From the human T2T-CHM13v2.0 reference genome, Homo sapiens: 64,000 nt of DNA. This document shows positions 45,151 to 64,000 of this stretch, piece by piece; the first letter of the stretch is position 1; each line of letters opens with the position of its first letter. The stretch lies in assembly GCF_009914755.1 (NCBI RefSeq), contig NC_060930.1. One strand, 5' to 3'. Below the pieces are notes generated by a model. The model did no database searches, was not told the DNA's origin, and saw nothing but the letters and a program-made list of their open reading frames with translations. The position numbers and the translations under genes are program-made.

Positions 45151-46267
45151 ACCAGCTTATAATTTAAATGGTTATATTTTCCATGTCTGATTTTATAAAA
45201 TCAGACATTGGCCATTTGAGAAATGTTGGTTCACCAAATTACATGGTTCATCTAAATGTTGGCATGTTTCATCATATAATTTCAAAATATCACATTTTAA
45301 ATATTACAACATATATTAGAAAAGTCTTTACATATTGGAAAGCCATGAAGCTCATGATGGTGGATAAAAATTTTCCAAAATTCTAATTTTTGCTTGAAAA
45401 TTTAAATTTTATAATTGGCAATAAATATTGTCTGTTTTTTCTTGACCTGATGAGCTCTTTTGTTTGTTTCCCAGAAAATTTGGCCTAATATCCAAATGTT
45501 TCAAAGCACGTTTGTCTGTCTATCATTCTTTCAAGTAAAGGTAATGTCCAATTTTTTATAAAGTTGCTAATTTCAGCTCACAGATCAAAAAATTATACAA
45601 ACGCTTCTTTTTTTTCTGAAACAACCATTCCGTTTTGCCAACTGACAGAAGCGCTCTATTCAAATCACCTCTTTTGTCACACAAAATATTAAAGAATAGT
45701 GTATATAAAGTCAGAGATTTAACACAATTAATGTATTATGGCTCCACTATGAGCATTTTTAAGTGAAACTATTTTTATGTTTTTAAAAATATTTAACTAT
45801 GAGTGGATGACAGTAAAGAAAACAATGATTACAGGAACAGTTTAGTACTAGTGATTTGACTCTAGGCCAAGACATTCTCAGTTTTATTTACCATTGCTTC
45901 TGCAACATCAGTGAAAACGTCAACACAGTGAAAAAGGCAAATAACTTAGTATTATTATCAAAGCAATGTTTGACCTCATTGTCTGCATGGGAAGCACTAG
46001 TCTTGTTTAAACTTCTCTTGATTATCTAGCAAATATATGAATAAATGTCATCAGTGGAAAATGCTATTGTAATCAAAAGTTTTTTTTTTTTTTTTCTAAA
46101 CAACCCTTCCCTACACTCAATAGTTTTCATAAAAAGTAGTTAGGTTTATACAGAAATTGTTAAAACAGAACTTCGATCTAGAATTTTAAGCTTGAAAAGA
46201 GCTTCTTAGAAGTTTTATTAACATGCAAAATTAATTATTATGAGGCTTCTTTGACAAAAATAATAAA

Positions 46268-46414
46268 AAGCTGTGAGCACAACAGGGTTTTTCTTTGTAT
46301 AAGATTTGCTAGGTGGGAAACATGCTATGAAGGTATAAGTTGCTTCAAAGTATCAGTTACATGTTTCCCACCTAGCAAATCTTATACAGAGAAAAGCTGA
46401 TATGCTCACAACTT
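46268..46414. repeat. Inverted repeat / hairpin with a perfect 29 bp core
   Basis: 46296-46324 is the exact reverse complement of 46360-46388; degenerate outer arms. Confidence 0.93.
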
Positions 46415-46890
46415 GCACATCAATGAATTCAGTATTATCTGAGATACATACAAAGCTAGCCCAAAAATGTAACCTGTATCTCAGTAGCAACATGTAGAGA
46501 AAGTGAGTGTTTGTAGATACAGAAGCATTTTTTCTTCTTCCTTTGAGTCTATTTTCCTCTTTATAGAGAACATCACTGAGCATTACTGAAACTGTCTACT
46601 GTTTTTAATTTTCTTCTTTATCAACTTCTCACCAGCTCTGCAGACCCAAATCTAAATACTACTTTTATATCATTATTTCCTCTATTTTTTCACATATGGA
46701 TTTTTATTCACCTACTCCTTCAGAAATTGACAGGTTAAGAAAAATAATTGAAGAAACATGTTAAATGAAATTTAATATAGAAAAGTAGCAATGGAGAGAT
46801 TTCATCTATTTTATGAATTTCTAGGAATTAGAGACAGGAAGTTTCTGATAACCCAAGTCCTTTATTTACCTCTAAAAGTTTCACAATAGA

Positions 46891-47185
46891 GGCTGGGTGC
46901 GGTGGCTCATGCCTGTAAATCCAGCACTTTGGGAGGCCAAGGCGGGTGGATCATGAGGTCAGGAGATCGAGACCATCCTGGCTAACACAGTGAAACCCCA
47001 TCTCTACTAAAAATACAAAAAATTAGCTGGGTGTGGTGGCGGGCGCCTGTAGTGCTAGCTACTCGGGAGGCTGAGGCAGGGGAATGGCGTGAACCCCGGA
47101 GGTGGAACTTGCAGTGAGCCGAGATTGCGCCACTGCACTCCAGCCTGGGGGACAGAGCCAGACTCCGTCTCAAAAAAAAAAAAAA
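46891..47185 (+). mobile_element. AluY
   Basis: gagatcgagaccatcctggctaacac and gaatggcgtgaaccc; TSD aaaagtttcacaata(g/c)a. Confidence 0.95.
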
Positions 47186-48811
47186 AAAAGTTTCACAATA
47201 CAAAGAGAGGTAAAGAACTGACACAAGATAGACAGATGTGCAAGATATAAAATAAATACCCTATGTCAAGTGTTTACAAGCATTTATAAAGTTTATACTT
47301 ATATAATTAAATTAAATAAGTCTTATTTTTTAGAAATATGTGTATTGAACCCAAACACCTAATTCCAAATCCTCTTTTCTCTACTTTGTTTCACTCACTC
47401 ATTCACTTTGAAGAATTTCTACCCAAAGCTTTAGGTTTCCTTGGTAATATAATTAACATAGTAAACATAATGCATTTGTATTATGGAATGAAACATATTT
47501 CCTTGCATACTAATTAAGGATTCATTTATTATTTCTAGTCACAACAGAATGAAAAAAGATTTGGGCTCTCAGACCCCACACCATCTGCATTCCTAATGAC
47601 AACAGAAATCATGTTGGCACATTCAGAAGGGCAAATCCTTTTAGAAATATGTTTTATTTTGGCAGGCAGAAATGTGATTAAATAAAATATCTAAAAGTAT
47701 ATGTGCCCTCGCAGAAACACTTTTTCTAACACTATTTATAAAGGCATAAATAACTGGATAGTAAATACAAGTGCATTGTATAGTCAATGTGTTCTGTTTC
47801 TTTATGTTAACTTAAAAGAATTAAGCATAAACTCCAAGAAGTTTTTCAGTTGGATAGAATAATTTGATAAGAGATTATACTTCTCTTAGTTATATACTTA
47901 ATAAAACTTACTGGGGGATAATTTTTTCTAGCATTTTCTACATTGTCACTGATCTTTAGTGGCCACTCTATTTTTTTTCTTTTCTTTTCTCGAGTTATTG
48001 GGAAACAAAAGGAAACAATTCAAATACACCAGGTACTATCACCTAATACCTTTCCCTTGACTCTTTCGAATTCACACCTGTAATCCCAGCTACTAGAGAT
48101 ATATTACTATGTCAAGAACTGAACTCCTTTAGTCCTTTGCTCAAGTATTTAAATCCATAGAATAAGTGGAAGAAATTTTCTCTTGATTCTACTGGTCCAT
48201 TTACCTCAGGCATTAACCACTTCAGAAGTTGCACACTAAGGATCACTAACAGTTAAAAAGCATCCTTCACTTGAGTCACTGAATATTGCTTAGCCTCTTA
48301 TTGGTTAATGTATTTAATCACTACATGTCTATCTTTGTTTTGCCTTTTAAAATATTATTACAATTAGTGAGGCATGTAGGCTACCTGCCTCTCTGATAAG
48401 GATTTTCAACATCATAACAGTTCTTAGATATGAGATAAGATCACTTGAGAAATATTTAAAATAGAAATGCCTCCCAAAGAGGAACCTCTAGAAATAAGAC
48501 TTGGCATAGGTATTATTAAAATTTCCCCATATAATCCTGATGCACATCTCTAGTTAAGAAACAGTATGTTCATTCTTCAGTAAAACATTCAAATGCTTTA
48601 TTGTGTCTCGTATTTCAATTAACAATTGTTTGTGAATATTGCTAGAGGAATCTAGAATTATTAATTTGAATAGTGCACTTAGCTCTTTAAGCAGATGTTC
48701 TATCCCATTATGTTTTCCAGACTGCATTTCAACATTTACTTTGGATACCTTTTATGGTCAATGGTTACTACACATGAGACAATATAAGGTATAACAGCAG
48801 GAAATAAGTTT

Positions 48812-54254
<5,443 letters not shown>

Positions 54255-54737
54255 GAAATGAGTTTGTCTTGCTAATTACTGGATCCACATTTCTTAGCCC
54301 AGTGTAAACTTATAAAGGAAGCTCAATAAATGCCGATAAATGAATCATAAACTTTCGTATAACAGGCCATCCACCTTTTGGTAAGGGTACGCCTCAATTC
54401 AGCAAGAAAATATACTATTTCTAAAACACATTCTATATGTTATGATTTGCACAATGGCTTGTGACTTGCATAAATGACATCCTTTGTAACTATTCAAATC
54501 ATCATTGAAATACAGGTTATCAGACTTGCCCTACTTGTGTAGCAAATCCACAGTTTATGTAAATTATAGGAAAGGCAAGATTCAGTCACTCATTAAGTCT
54601 TTCAATTTAAATCCCCCTCTCATGTTTGTGAAGTTTAAACCAACCTATTGCTGTAATTATGGATGCTCTCTTGAAGCAATAGCATGAAGGTTTTGCAATT
54701 GGCCTTAGGAACCTCCAAGGAAACTGCTTGGAATTTT

Positions 54738-54908
54738 TGTTGCTTGTTTTGTTTTGTTTGAGACAAAGTGACTTACTCCGTCACCCAGGCTGAGTGCAAT
54801 GGCATGATCGCGGCTCACTGCAACCTCAAAATCTTGGGCCCAAGTGATCCTCCTATCTCAGCCTCCTGAGTGGCTGGGACTACAGGTGCACATCACAATG
54901 CTGGCTAA
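54738..54908 (-). mobile_element. Alu right monomer (FRAM or truncated AluJ)
   Basis: Single arm flanked by TSD cttggaatttt (54727-54737 and 54911-54921). Confidence 0.85.
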
Positions 54909-55326
54909 GCCTTGGAATTTTCATCATCCAACATCATCCACGAGAGAGTATTAAAATGGCCAACATGGTTTCTCATCTGTATGGGTATGTGATTTTATTT
55001 AAATATATTCTTCTGGATTCTGAGAATCAAATCAACCCTTTATGTTTATAATGCCATTACTTGTAAAATCAATAAGTAATATTCATTTTGCAGGTTAACA
55101 AGGACAGTCCCTTTGCTTTTAAAGTATACATTTAGTATGTATTTCCATCTTAATAATAAAGATTTTCTTTGCATGTTGGAAAGTCATAGATTTGTTTTTT
55201 GTTTTTTTAATGTAATGAGATTCCTTAGTTACTTAGAAACGTTTTTCATATCTATATCATGATAAAATAGTGTACAAGCTGGAAGATATATTTATAATAA
55301 GTATAGATATTACTATTAAAACATAT

Positions 55327-55636
55327 AGCTGGACATGATGGCTCACATCTGCACTCCTAGCACTTTGGAGGCCAAGGCAGGTGGATCACTTGAGGCCAGG
55401 AGTTCAAGACCAACCTAGACAACATGGTGAGACCCTGTCTCTTCCAAAAAGACAAAAAAAAATTTGGCTGGACATGGTGGTGCATGCCTATAATCCCAAC
55501 TCCTTGGGAGGCTGAGGCACAAGAATCACTTGAACCTGGGAGGCAGATGTTGCAGTGAGCCAAGATCTTGCCACTGTACTTCAGCCTGGATGAAAGAGCA
55601 AGACTCTGTCTCAAACAACAACAACAACAACAAAAA
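55327..55636 (+). mobile_element. AluJ/old AluS with (CAA)n tail
   Basis: ggatcacttgaggccaggagttcaagacc; dimeric structure. Confidence 0.92.
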
Positions 55637-56197
55637 CAGACCAAGGGGACATAATGTGTGAGAGCTATCCATTTAGCCAATTAAACAGAATGAGTTGTTG
55701 GTGGTTCAGATGTTATAACATGTCTAACATATAATATTCCTTGATTAAGATACAAGACCTCAACAAATAATATTCTATCAGGATTTCTAGGAGGAACATC
55801 TGTAAAGTTAGTAGAGCACATGCTTATAGCATAAAGAAATGTTAAACAGTCATGAAATTCACCTTTAACAAAAGAATGATGTAAAATAGTTTAATTCAGA
55901 CCGGATTAGCATTTGGAGGTTTTATGGAAAGGAGACTATAAAAGAACTTTGGAGAGTGTAACTCAGCTGGCCAAAAGTTGTTGAGCTTTTTGTTACTTTG
56001 TTTTGTTTTGTTTTTTGTTCCCCCAAAGATTGTAAGGTTCCTATAGCATACAGATCTTATATACCAAAAGGCCAAGCTTGAAAAATGCTGATAAGAATTA
56101 CATTAATTAGGCTGACACAATTACAGGTTATAAACAAGATGAATATGCTTAAATAAGATTAAAACAAATTGTAAGATATGTAATGAGTTTATCATGA

Positions 56198-56497
<300 letters not shown>

Positions 56498-58439
56498 TTT
56501 ATGCACAAAAGTGAGTACAGTTTAACATAGCTAGGCTATCCCAGATTTAGAGGATTTCTCTTATGTTTCATTAATGAAGAAGAAGGCAACTTCCACTTCC
56601 AGCCATGACAGAGTAACAGGGACTGATATATTGTCCAACTCTAAACTGGTAAAATATATGAGATAATTTTCAGACATTGGACTACAGTCAACATAGAGTT
56701 GTGATACTCAGAGGATTTTGGATTCATAATCCTTCATTTAAGGAGTTAGGAAAGAGTAACAATAGTTACAAGAAAGATGAAATAACTATTTAAAATATGT
56801 TTCCCTAAAATTTTCTGTGTTACTATGCTGGGTGTAATGTCAGTGTTTGATATTTGTGCTATATGTTCCCTGTTAATTAAAAACCAATGAAAACTTATGG
56901 TAAATGTACAACTCTAAAACTTCAGACATTCTTAGGATAGTGGGAAAGATGGTGTGTATTATAAGAAAATCTGTTGATGAACTGAGAACTTTCCTCAGAA
57001 GATTCACATTTTAATAATGAAAACTAGTTATAAGCGTCCAAATACCTTTAGTGTAATAAGCACTATAATAAAACGATGTACAAAGTTTTATGAAAGCCAA
57101 GAACAGGCAGAAAAAAAGCTATGTCTGACCTATGACCTTACAGATTTTGATGTTTTAGATGGAGACTGAAATATAAGTGGGAAATTCCTTAACAGAGAAA
57201 AATTTTTGTTTATTTTGTATGCTTCTATTAAACAAATGTCTAGCAAATGAGTATTATTTGTTGAATAAAGAAATAGATGTTGTGGAATGAAAATAGGTAA
57301 AATAACATGGAAAGAAATAGGTATTATTTCACTAATAATACCTAAGGGAAGATTATGTCTGAAAGGCAGGCTAATCTAGTTGATTAAGTAATATTAATAG
57401 TTAAGTAATACTGTCTTTTAAAGTAATTCACTGACTACCAGAAGAGTGTCTTTTAGGGCAGCCAACATAGTTCACATGTAGGAAAATAATAGCCCACAAA
57501 TAAAATTTTCACACTTTCTGCTAAAATTAGGCCATAGCAGAAAAGTCTCACACTCTTTCATTTGAAAAATTATTTCAGAAGCAATGATTCTCTAAGCTAA
57601 ATCTTCCGTTAGTATCCATGACAACCTTATTTTCATCCAAATAAAAATGGACATTCATTATCATCATGGAAAATGGGTATAATAGCAACAATGCTAGGAT
57701 AGAAATTGGGATAATTGGGATTTAGTTTAACCTATACATTAATAATTAACATGGCTTTGAACAAACCCAGGTCTCATCTTTTCATCTATAGCATGAGAAG
57801 GACTACACAGTCTTTATGGCCTCTCTCCAAATCAGATATGCTGTGACCTTGGTAAACATAGAATAGATCATTTTTTCTTGATGTTTCAGATGTGCATTTT
57901 CAGGTTTTTTATATGTGTTATTGTGTGCACTTGCACGCCTGTAAATGTGTGTTTGTGTGTGCATAGTATACCATACTTCTTGTCTCAGAAACAAGAATAT
58001 AACCAGTTTAGGTAGGAACTTCTTTGACAGGCATGTATTTTCCTTTAATAAATAAACCACACTTCAGGGTATTAAACTAACTCCTAGGTTTCGTGTACCT
58101 AGGCCAATAAATATGTCAGCTCTATCTTGCTGTTGATGTCAGTTATACTTTTATTTTCTAGTTCTTTCTAGTTAATAGACTAGTAAGTCAGTGAAAGAAT
58201 AAATAAAACCAAGACCAATCACCTGAAAGAAGAATAGTTTTCAGAATTTTGTCTGTGTGAGTCTTAAATTTATAATTGCATTTTTTTTCTGCTAAGACCT
58301 ATTAGAAGTTCAAAAAATACATGATGAATAGGTAGGTATTTCAATGAAAATATGTTAAGTTTGATGTTGATAGAAAGAAGCAGTCTTAGTATCAAAATGC
58401 AATTGCTTTGACCAATGGCAGATGAAATTTTCTTAGTAC

Positions 58440-60320
58440 ATAACTTTCTCTTGCTTTAAAAAATTTTTAATCACATTAAAACATTCTCTTTAGAAAAGGT
58501 TAAGTGGTATAGAAATAGACAAAGCAAAATAGGAGCCTCTCCACTACCAACTATTGCTACCACTTCCTTTACACAGGTAAGCCACTGCCAGAGATCCAGT
58601 ATGCTTTCTGCTTTCTGTCAGGCCTCTCTATGTGTACAGATTTATTTTTATACATAGATTTCACATGTAAATTAAAATCATTGTATGTATGCTATGCTTT
58701 CTATGTAATTATTATAACTTACATGTCTTTTTGTGTTGGTACATTTAGGTTCCTCTCATTGTCTCTAACAGATACAAGAGTGTGACTATGCCCATATTTC
58801 TGTGTTCTCAACAAAACGTGACATTTTCAAACTTAAAATATGTATTAATGTTATAGATGAAAACAATCTCACTTTTTTAAATTCTCAAATACAACTGTGA
58901 TTCAGCACTTTTTATATGTTTATTAGACAGTCGTATTCTCTTTGTGAATGACTGATGAAAGCCTTTCCACATTTTTTAATTGAGATCCTTGTCCTTTTAG
59001 TCTCTATATATTCTGCATAGAAATCCTTTTCAGTTAAATGTATTGCACAGATTTTCTTCTAGTTTGCTAATTGTCTTTTAACTTTGTATGTAAAATCCTT
59101 ATTGATCTACTGTGAACTTGCATGTCATCTGATCTAGCATTCTTTCCTGTGGCTGCTAGGTTATGTCTTACTCAGGGAAGCATTTCTCATTTTAAGATTA
59201 TTTTTCAGATTAATGTTTTCTTTAATTTTGTTTTAGTTTGTTTTTTGTGTGTTTTACACTTGGTCTTAATTCACCTGGAGTTATGTTTTGTCAGGGAATG
59301 AGGTAGCATTGCGTCTAACCTGTTTTTTCCTCCAGATGAATAACCCATTTTTCTAATTTAAAATAATGTATTTTCTCTGACCCACCTGGCAAGCCTAGTT
59401 TAAAATTCTATATATATCATCAACCAAATTCTTATGTAAAAATATCTCTTTATGAATGCTATTTAAAGCAATGTTTTTCTACTTGTCTTTTAATGTCTCA
59501 ATATAATTTTTAAAATTACTATAGCTTTTAGGTATAATTAAGTATATGGTAATGTAGGTCACAGCACACTGGGATTTTTTTCAAAATATTAGCATTATTT
59601 TGCAATTTTTCCTTATAGAGTGATTTTAAATTTTGTCAAATTTTATAAATTATCCTCCTTGCATCCAGTAGAAATGACATTGAATTCATAGAATTTACAT
59701 TAATAGTAAGGCTCTTTAATTGATTGATTTGCATACCTCCCTCGGAAAAGTTTTTTTAATAAAGGAACAATTCTTAGACTTATTCCTATGTGTTTTATTT
59801 TCTTGCAATAGTAAAATAGATTGATTTCTTCTGTTCCTGAATAAATTCTGATGTATTTTTAAGCAGAAGAAGTTCTATTTATTTTGGATGTTGATCTTTT
59901 TTTAGCTACCTTAATAGACTATCTTATGAGTTATAATTTTTTAATTGATTTACTTAGATTTTATAAATAAACAGTAATAGTGCCTTCAAATAGTTACAAG
60001 TGCTTTTCTTTTTTTTCTCTTGTTAATCTCCAGTGAAATACTGAATAGTAGCAGTGACAATGGGCAATCTTTTCTTACTGTACAGTCTTTGTTGAGAATA
60101 TAATTAATTTTTTACTATCACATATGTTGCTTAGTGTAGTTTTGTTTTTACCTTTATACTGAAATAGAGACTGTGCTTGTGCCCTTTGCTTACTGAAGTT
60201 TAAATCTGTTTAATTATAACTAGGTGTGAATATTATCTAAAGCTCTTTATATTAAGCCTTTTTGCAATCCTGGACCAAACTCTACTGTGTCATAATGTTC
60301 TCTCTCAATTTCTCTTTGCA
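58440..60320 (-). mobile_element. Very old L1ME-like fragment
   Basis: T-rich; ccagtgaaatactgaatagtagcagtgacaatgggcaatctt ([10 protein letters not shown] region on minus). Confidence 0.6.
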
Positions 60321-60949
60321 AACACACTAGTTTGCACTATCCTTGGAATAAACTAGTCTTGAAGTGGGATAGTACTGCAAGGACCTAGAACCTTAATCTA
60401 ATCTGTTTGAAGGGCCAAAAAAAATTGTATTCATGTCTCTTAGTCTCTAAACTTCAACTCTATTAAAAGATGCTTGTGGTGGAAAGTCATCATTTTGCTG
60501 TTGAAATACAAAAACAAGTGTAACGAGACAGTTATCTAAAACAATCAGATGCTTTTGTCTTATATGTCAAATGTAAGTGCACTAGTTTTGGGAATCTAAC
60601 TTTCAACTAACTCAAATATCAGGGAGGCTTTTGCTAAAAGATTTTTGCTTTTTCATAAGGGGCAAATAAAACAATATAATAATTTTTTTCCTCTTTTTCT
60701 ATGTTTCTTTAAGATTTATTTAACCCTTATCTATAGGTTCAGACTTTTACACACCATTAGTTTGTGAGTAATAGTCCTAAGAAGATGAATTAAAGAAATT
60801 CTACACTAGCAGCTCATCATCATTATTTCGCCTCATTGCAAGTTGCAAGTCCCTTATCCTCAATTACACTTCTCTCCTTTCAGTAGATGAAGGGCTGCCC
60901 TAAAATAAAGACCCTCTAGTTTGGTCCCCAGTGATTTTATTCCCTCATT

Positions 60950-61350
60950 GTAATTCATCCATTTTGTCATTGGGTACATATTTATTGAGCAACTATTAGT
61001 TATCCAGTACTGTCCTCAGTGCTGGGGACAGAGTGGGGACTAAGGCAAGGTGCTCATCCTTATGACATTTGCATTATAGTGGGAGGAATGAGTGGGGGTG
61101 AATTGACAATAAGAAAATATATAAATGATAAAGATTGAAACATGCTTATAGAAAATAAAAAGAAATGATTTGAAAGACGGAGGAAGGCCCATCTGAAGAG
61201 GTAAAATTTGAAATGAGACCTGAATGGTAAGAAGGAGCTGTCCATGGTAAAATTCTTATGAAAGATGATTACCAGTAGAGGTGAAAGTATCAGCTATAGA
61301 CCCAGGGAAGGAATGAGGTTGATAGATTCAAGGAATAGAAATAAGGCAAA
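60950..61350 (-). mobile_element. L2 3' fragment
   Basis: catatttattgagcaacta...gtgctggggacagag...atttgaaatgagacctgaatg. Confidence 0.75.
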
Positions 61351-62473
61351 GCCTCAGGAACCATATTTACTTCCTACTGAGCTCTGCCTATTCCCTTCCA
61401 ATAGACACTTTGGAAATCATAACTTATTACAAGGCCAGACTACCCACTGGGAAGTGTCATGGAACACTAATCATAATTAAATGCAGCCTTCTTTCTGTTT
61501 TGTCATATTTTCATCATTATCTTAGCATATTCCTCATGATGCTAATTAGGGTCTGTTTTTTAGCTCTTTGTCTCCAGCACTGCACTGAGAAATCCTTAAT
61601 CCTTAACTGAAGAGTCTGTCTTATTTAGTTGTGCCTTAGGCTCCTATTGGCTAACAAAGTATTTTTAACATAGTATTAGATACTAAAGAAACTCTTACAT
61701 TATCCATTATTTTCTAATATACTCATATGAATAATGGTATAAAAATGTCGTGGAGGAAAATTAGGTAGTGTCAGAAAATATAAATGAGCCAAATGCAAAG
61801 ATTATAGGATAAATATAATTTCTATAAAAATTTATATATTACAAAATCTCCATCCTTTAGTTAAATATATCTAGATTTCAGTAACTATGACGGGTGATCA
61901 AGAATAATAGAAAATACCACATTTGGGAAAGTATTTGCTCATTTGAGTGCAGCAAACATTTTGTAAGGCATTGCTAAATTTATAAGGTACATTTTGGTAC
62001 AGAACATATTTTTGGGACTCATTGCAGAAAAATTCGTAGAATGGCAAGGGAAAATTCTAAAGGCGAACAAAATGTTTGAAAATATGTTCGAAAAAGAAAT
62101 GTGGTTTATGAAAAAAAATAAATAATTATCTGGAAAAGAGACAGCAATCCCTCTCTTTTAACAAGAAAGAAGTAGTGGAATTTTGCCCCTTTTTGAGTTT
62201 TGTTGACTAGGTTTTATTGATTGACTTCAAGTAACATGTCTCAGATTGTAATTGACTTTGTTTATGTATATGCAGGGCAAATTGTAGTACTATTTGAATA
62301 AATAACATGGATTTTGTTTTAACCAAAAATTACTCATTAAAGTTATATCTCTCCAAGTGATTCTCAAAATTGCCATGACCCTTTCCTCCACCTTTCATAT
62401 TTTTCTATATATTGCTACTTGTGGCCAGTAGGCTGAAACTATGCTTATTTTGAAATCAAATAACAATAGATGT

Positions 62474-63360
62474 CTGCATAGTATTCCATGGTGTATATGT
62501 GCCACATTTTCTTAATCCAGTCTATCATTGTTGGACATTTGCTTGGTTCCAAGTATTTGCTATTGTGAATAGTGCCACAATAAACATACATGTCCATGTG
62601 TCTTTATAACCACATGATTTATAATCCTTTGGGTATATATCCAGTAATGGGATTGCTGGGTCAAATGGTATGTCTAGTTCTAGATCCCTGAGGAATCGCC
62701 ACACTGACTTCCACAATGGTTGAACTAGTTTACAGTCCCACCAACAGTGTAAAAGTGTTCCTGTTTCTCCACATCCTCTCCAGCACCTGCTGTTTCCTGA
62801 CTTTTTAATGATCGCCATTCTAACTGGTGTGAGATGGTATCTCATTGTGGTTTTGATTTGCATTTCTCTGATGGCCAGTGATGATGAGCATCTTTTCATG
62901 TGTCTTTTGACTGCATAAATGTCTTCTTTTGAGAAGTGTCTGTTCATATCCTTTGCCCACTTTTTGATGGGGTTGTTTGTTTTTTTCTTGTAAATTTGTT
63001 TGACACGGATGAAGCTGGAAACCATCATTCTCAGCAAACTATCATAAGGACAAAAAACCAAACACCGCATGTTCTCACTCATAGGTGGGAATCGAACAAT
63101 GAGAACACATGGACACAGGAAGTGGAACATCACACACTGGGGCCTGTTGTGGGGTGGGGGGAGGGGGGAGGGATAGCATTAGGAGGTATACCTAATGTTA
63201 AATGACAAGTTAATGGGTGCAGCACACCAACACGGCACATGTATACATATGTAAGAAACCTGAACGTTGTGCACATGTACCCTAAAACTTAAAGTATAAT
63301 AAAAAAATAAAGTTAAATAAAATAAATAAAATAAAATAAAAATAAAATATAAAAAAATAA
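62474..63360 (+). mobile_element. L1PA4-like 5'-truncated element with 5' inversion (62474-63003 minus; 63002-63360 plus)
   Basis: TSD aatagatgtct (62465-62475 and 63361-63371); taatgttaaatgac 3' UTR; (TAAAA)n tail. Confidence 0.95.
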
Positions 63361-63689
63361 AATAGATGTCTTACTTCAACTAAACCATGTAAAACCCAGT
63401 AAATACTTTGCGTAAACTGACAAGTCTTTAAAAAGAAAGTTTGTTTAAGTATGCCAGGCTGGTGGAAAGAACTTTGATTTCTATCAGAAGGACTAGATTT
63501 TACTTCCAAATCAGTTAAGAATAACATTATATGATCTTACAAATATTCTATCAGTTATCTTTAATCCACAGTAAAGTAAAATACACTTTATGTTTCCCTT
63601 TTATTTTATAATATAAATGATATCATTAACAACCTACTAAAGTTGCTATTTGCACTAACTTAGTAAAGCGCATCATAATGGCAACTAAT

Positions 63690-63880
63690 GAAGATTGAAT
63701 GCTTACAGTAAGTGAGGTACGGTAATAACAGTTTCACATACATAAAAATACATAATACATAGTTCCTTTTTTATCTTTAAGATTTACAACTGAGGATATT
63801 AAGGCTTAAAGTACGTTATTAATTTGCCCAAGGTCATGGAGCTAGTAAATGGCTGAGCCAAATTTCAGTTTAGAGTGTTC
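63690..63880 (-). mobile_element. MIR
   Basis: aatttgcccaaggtcatggagctagtaaatggctgagcc. Confidence 0.7.
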
Positions 63881-64000
63881 AATTAAAAAATATGCCCTTA
63901 AATGCTGTAATATGATTATCTTCGCTTTATGCTCTTTTATCTAATCTCCCATGTAATACATTGCACACATTTGCAGGAGAGTTTATATGATTTGAGAGTA

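Larger units (their letters stand above)
43140..45990. mobile_element. Charlie1-like hAT DNA transposon with nested L1MA, AluJ and L1 fragment
   Basis: cccaaagagc//ttttt...gttatatctatcaatattcacc; ttttggttgaaatatatgaagaaaat; aacgtcaacacagtgaaaaaggcaaataa. Confidence 0.75.

Noticed and set aside
62525-63133. 202 aa ORF as a novel gene
   Set aside because: By-product of the L1 inversion joining antisense 3' UTR to ORF2; no promoter or expression evidence

Overview
Human (primate) non-coding genomic DNA: AT-rich and dominated by transposable elements, consistent with a gene desert or large intron. An L1Hs-Ta1 insertion points to human specifically. No cellular protein-coding gene, RNA gene, CpG island or CRISPR array can be supported. 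Every recognisable long ORF is a decayed LINE-1 ORF2, MaLR or Alu reading frame. The window holds about ten Alus, several LINE-1s (L1Hs-Ta1, L1PA4, L1PA5/6, L1PA15-like, L1MA, L1M/ME), a full-length THE1 and an MLT1A-like MaLR element, solo LTRs (MST, MLT2, MER52-like), Charlie1/MER5 DNA transposons, L2, MIR and microsatellites. I did not find a new biological system. The most notable observations are structural: (i) a 5'-truncated L1Hs Ta-1 with no target-site duplication and an apparent ~20 bp target deletion; (ii) an ~840 bp ancient A-B-C'-A'-B-C inverted/direct micro-rearrangement around a MER5-like element; (iii) a 147 bp hairpin with a perfect 29 bp core; (iv) two twin-primed (5'-inverted) L1s; (v) an ORF1-less L1MA that keeps both ends; (vi) several template-switch micro-duplications. 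Repeat subfamily names come from remembered consensus sequences, not from a database search, and the boundaries of old repeats are approximate.
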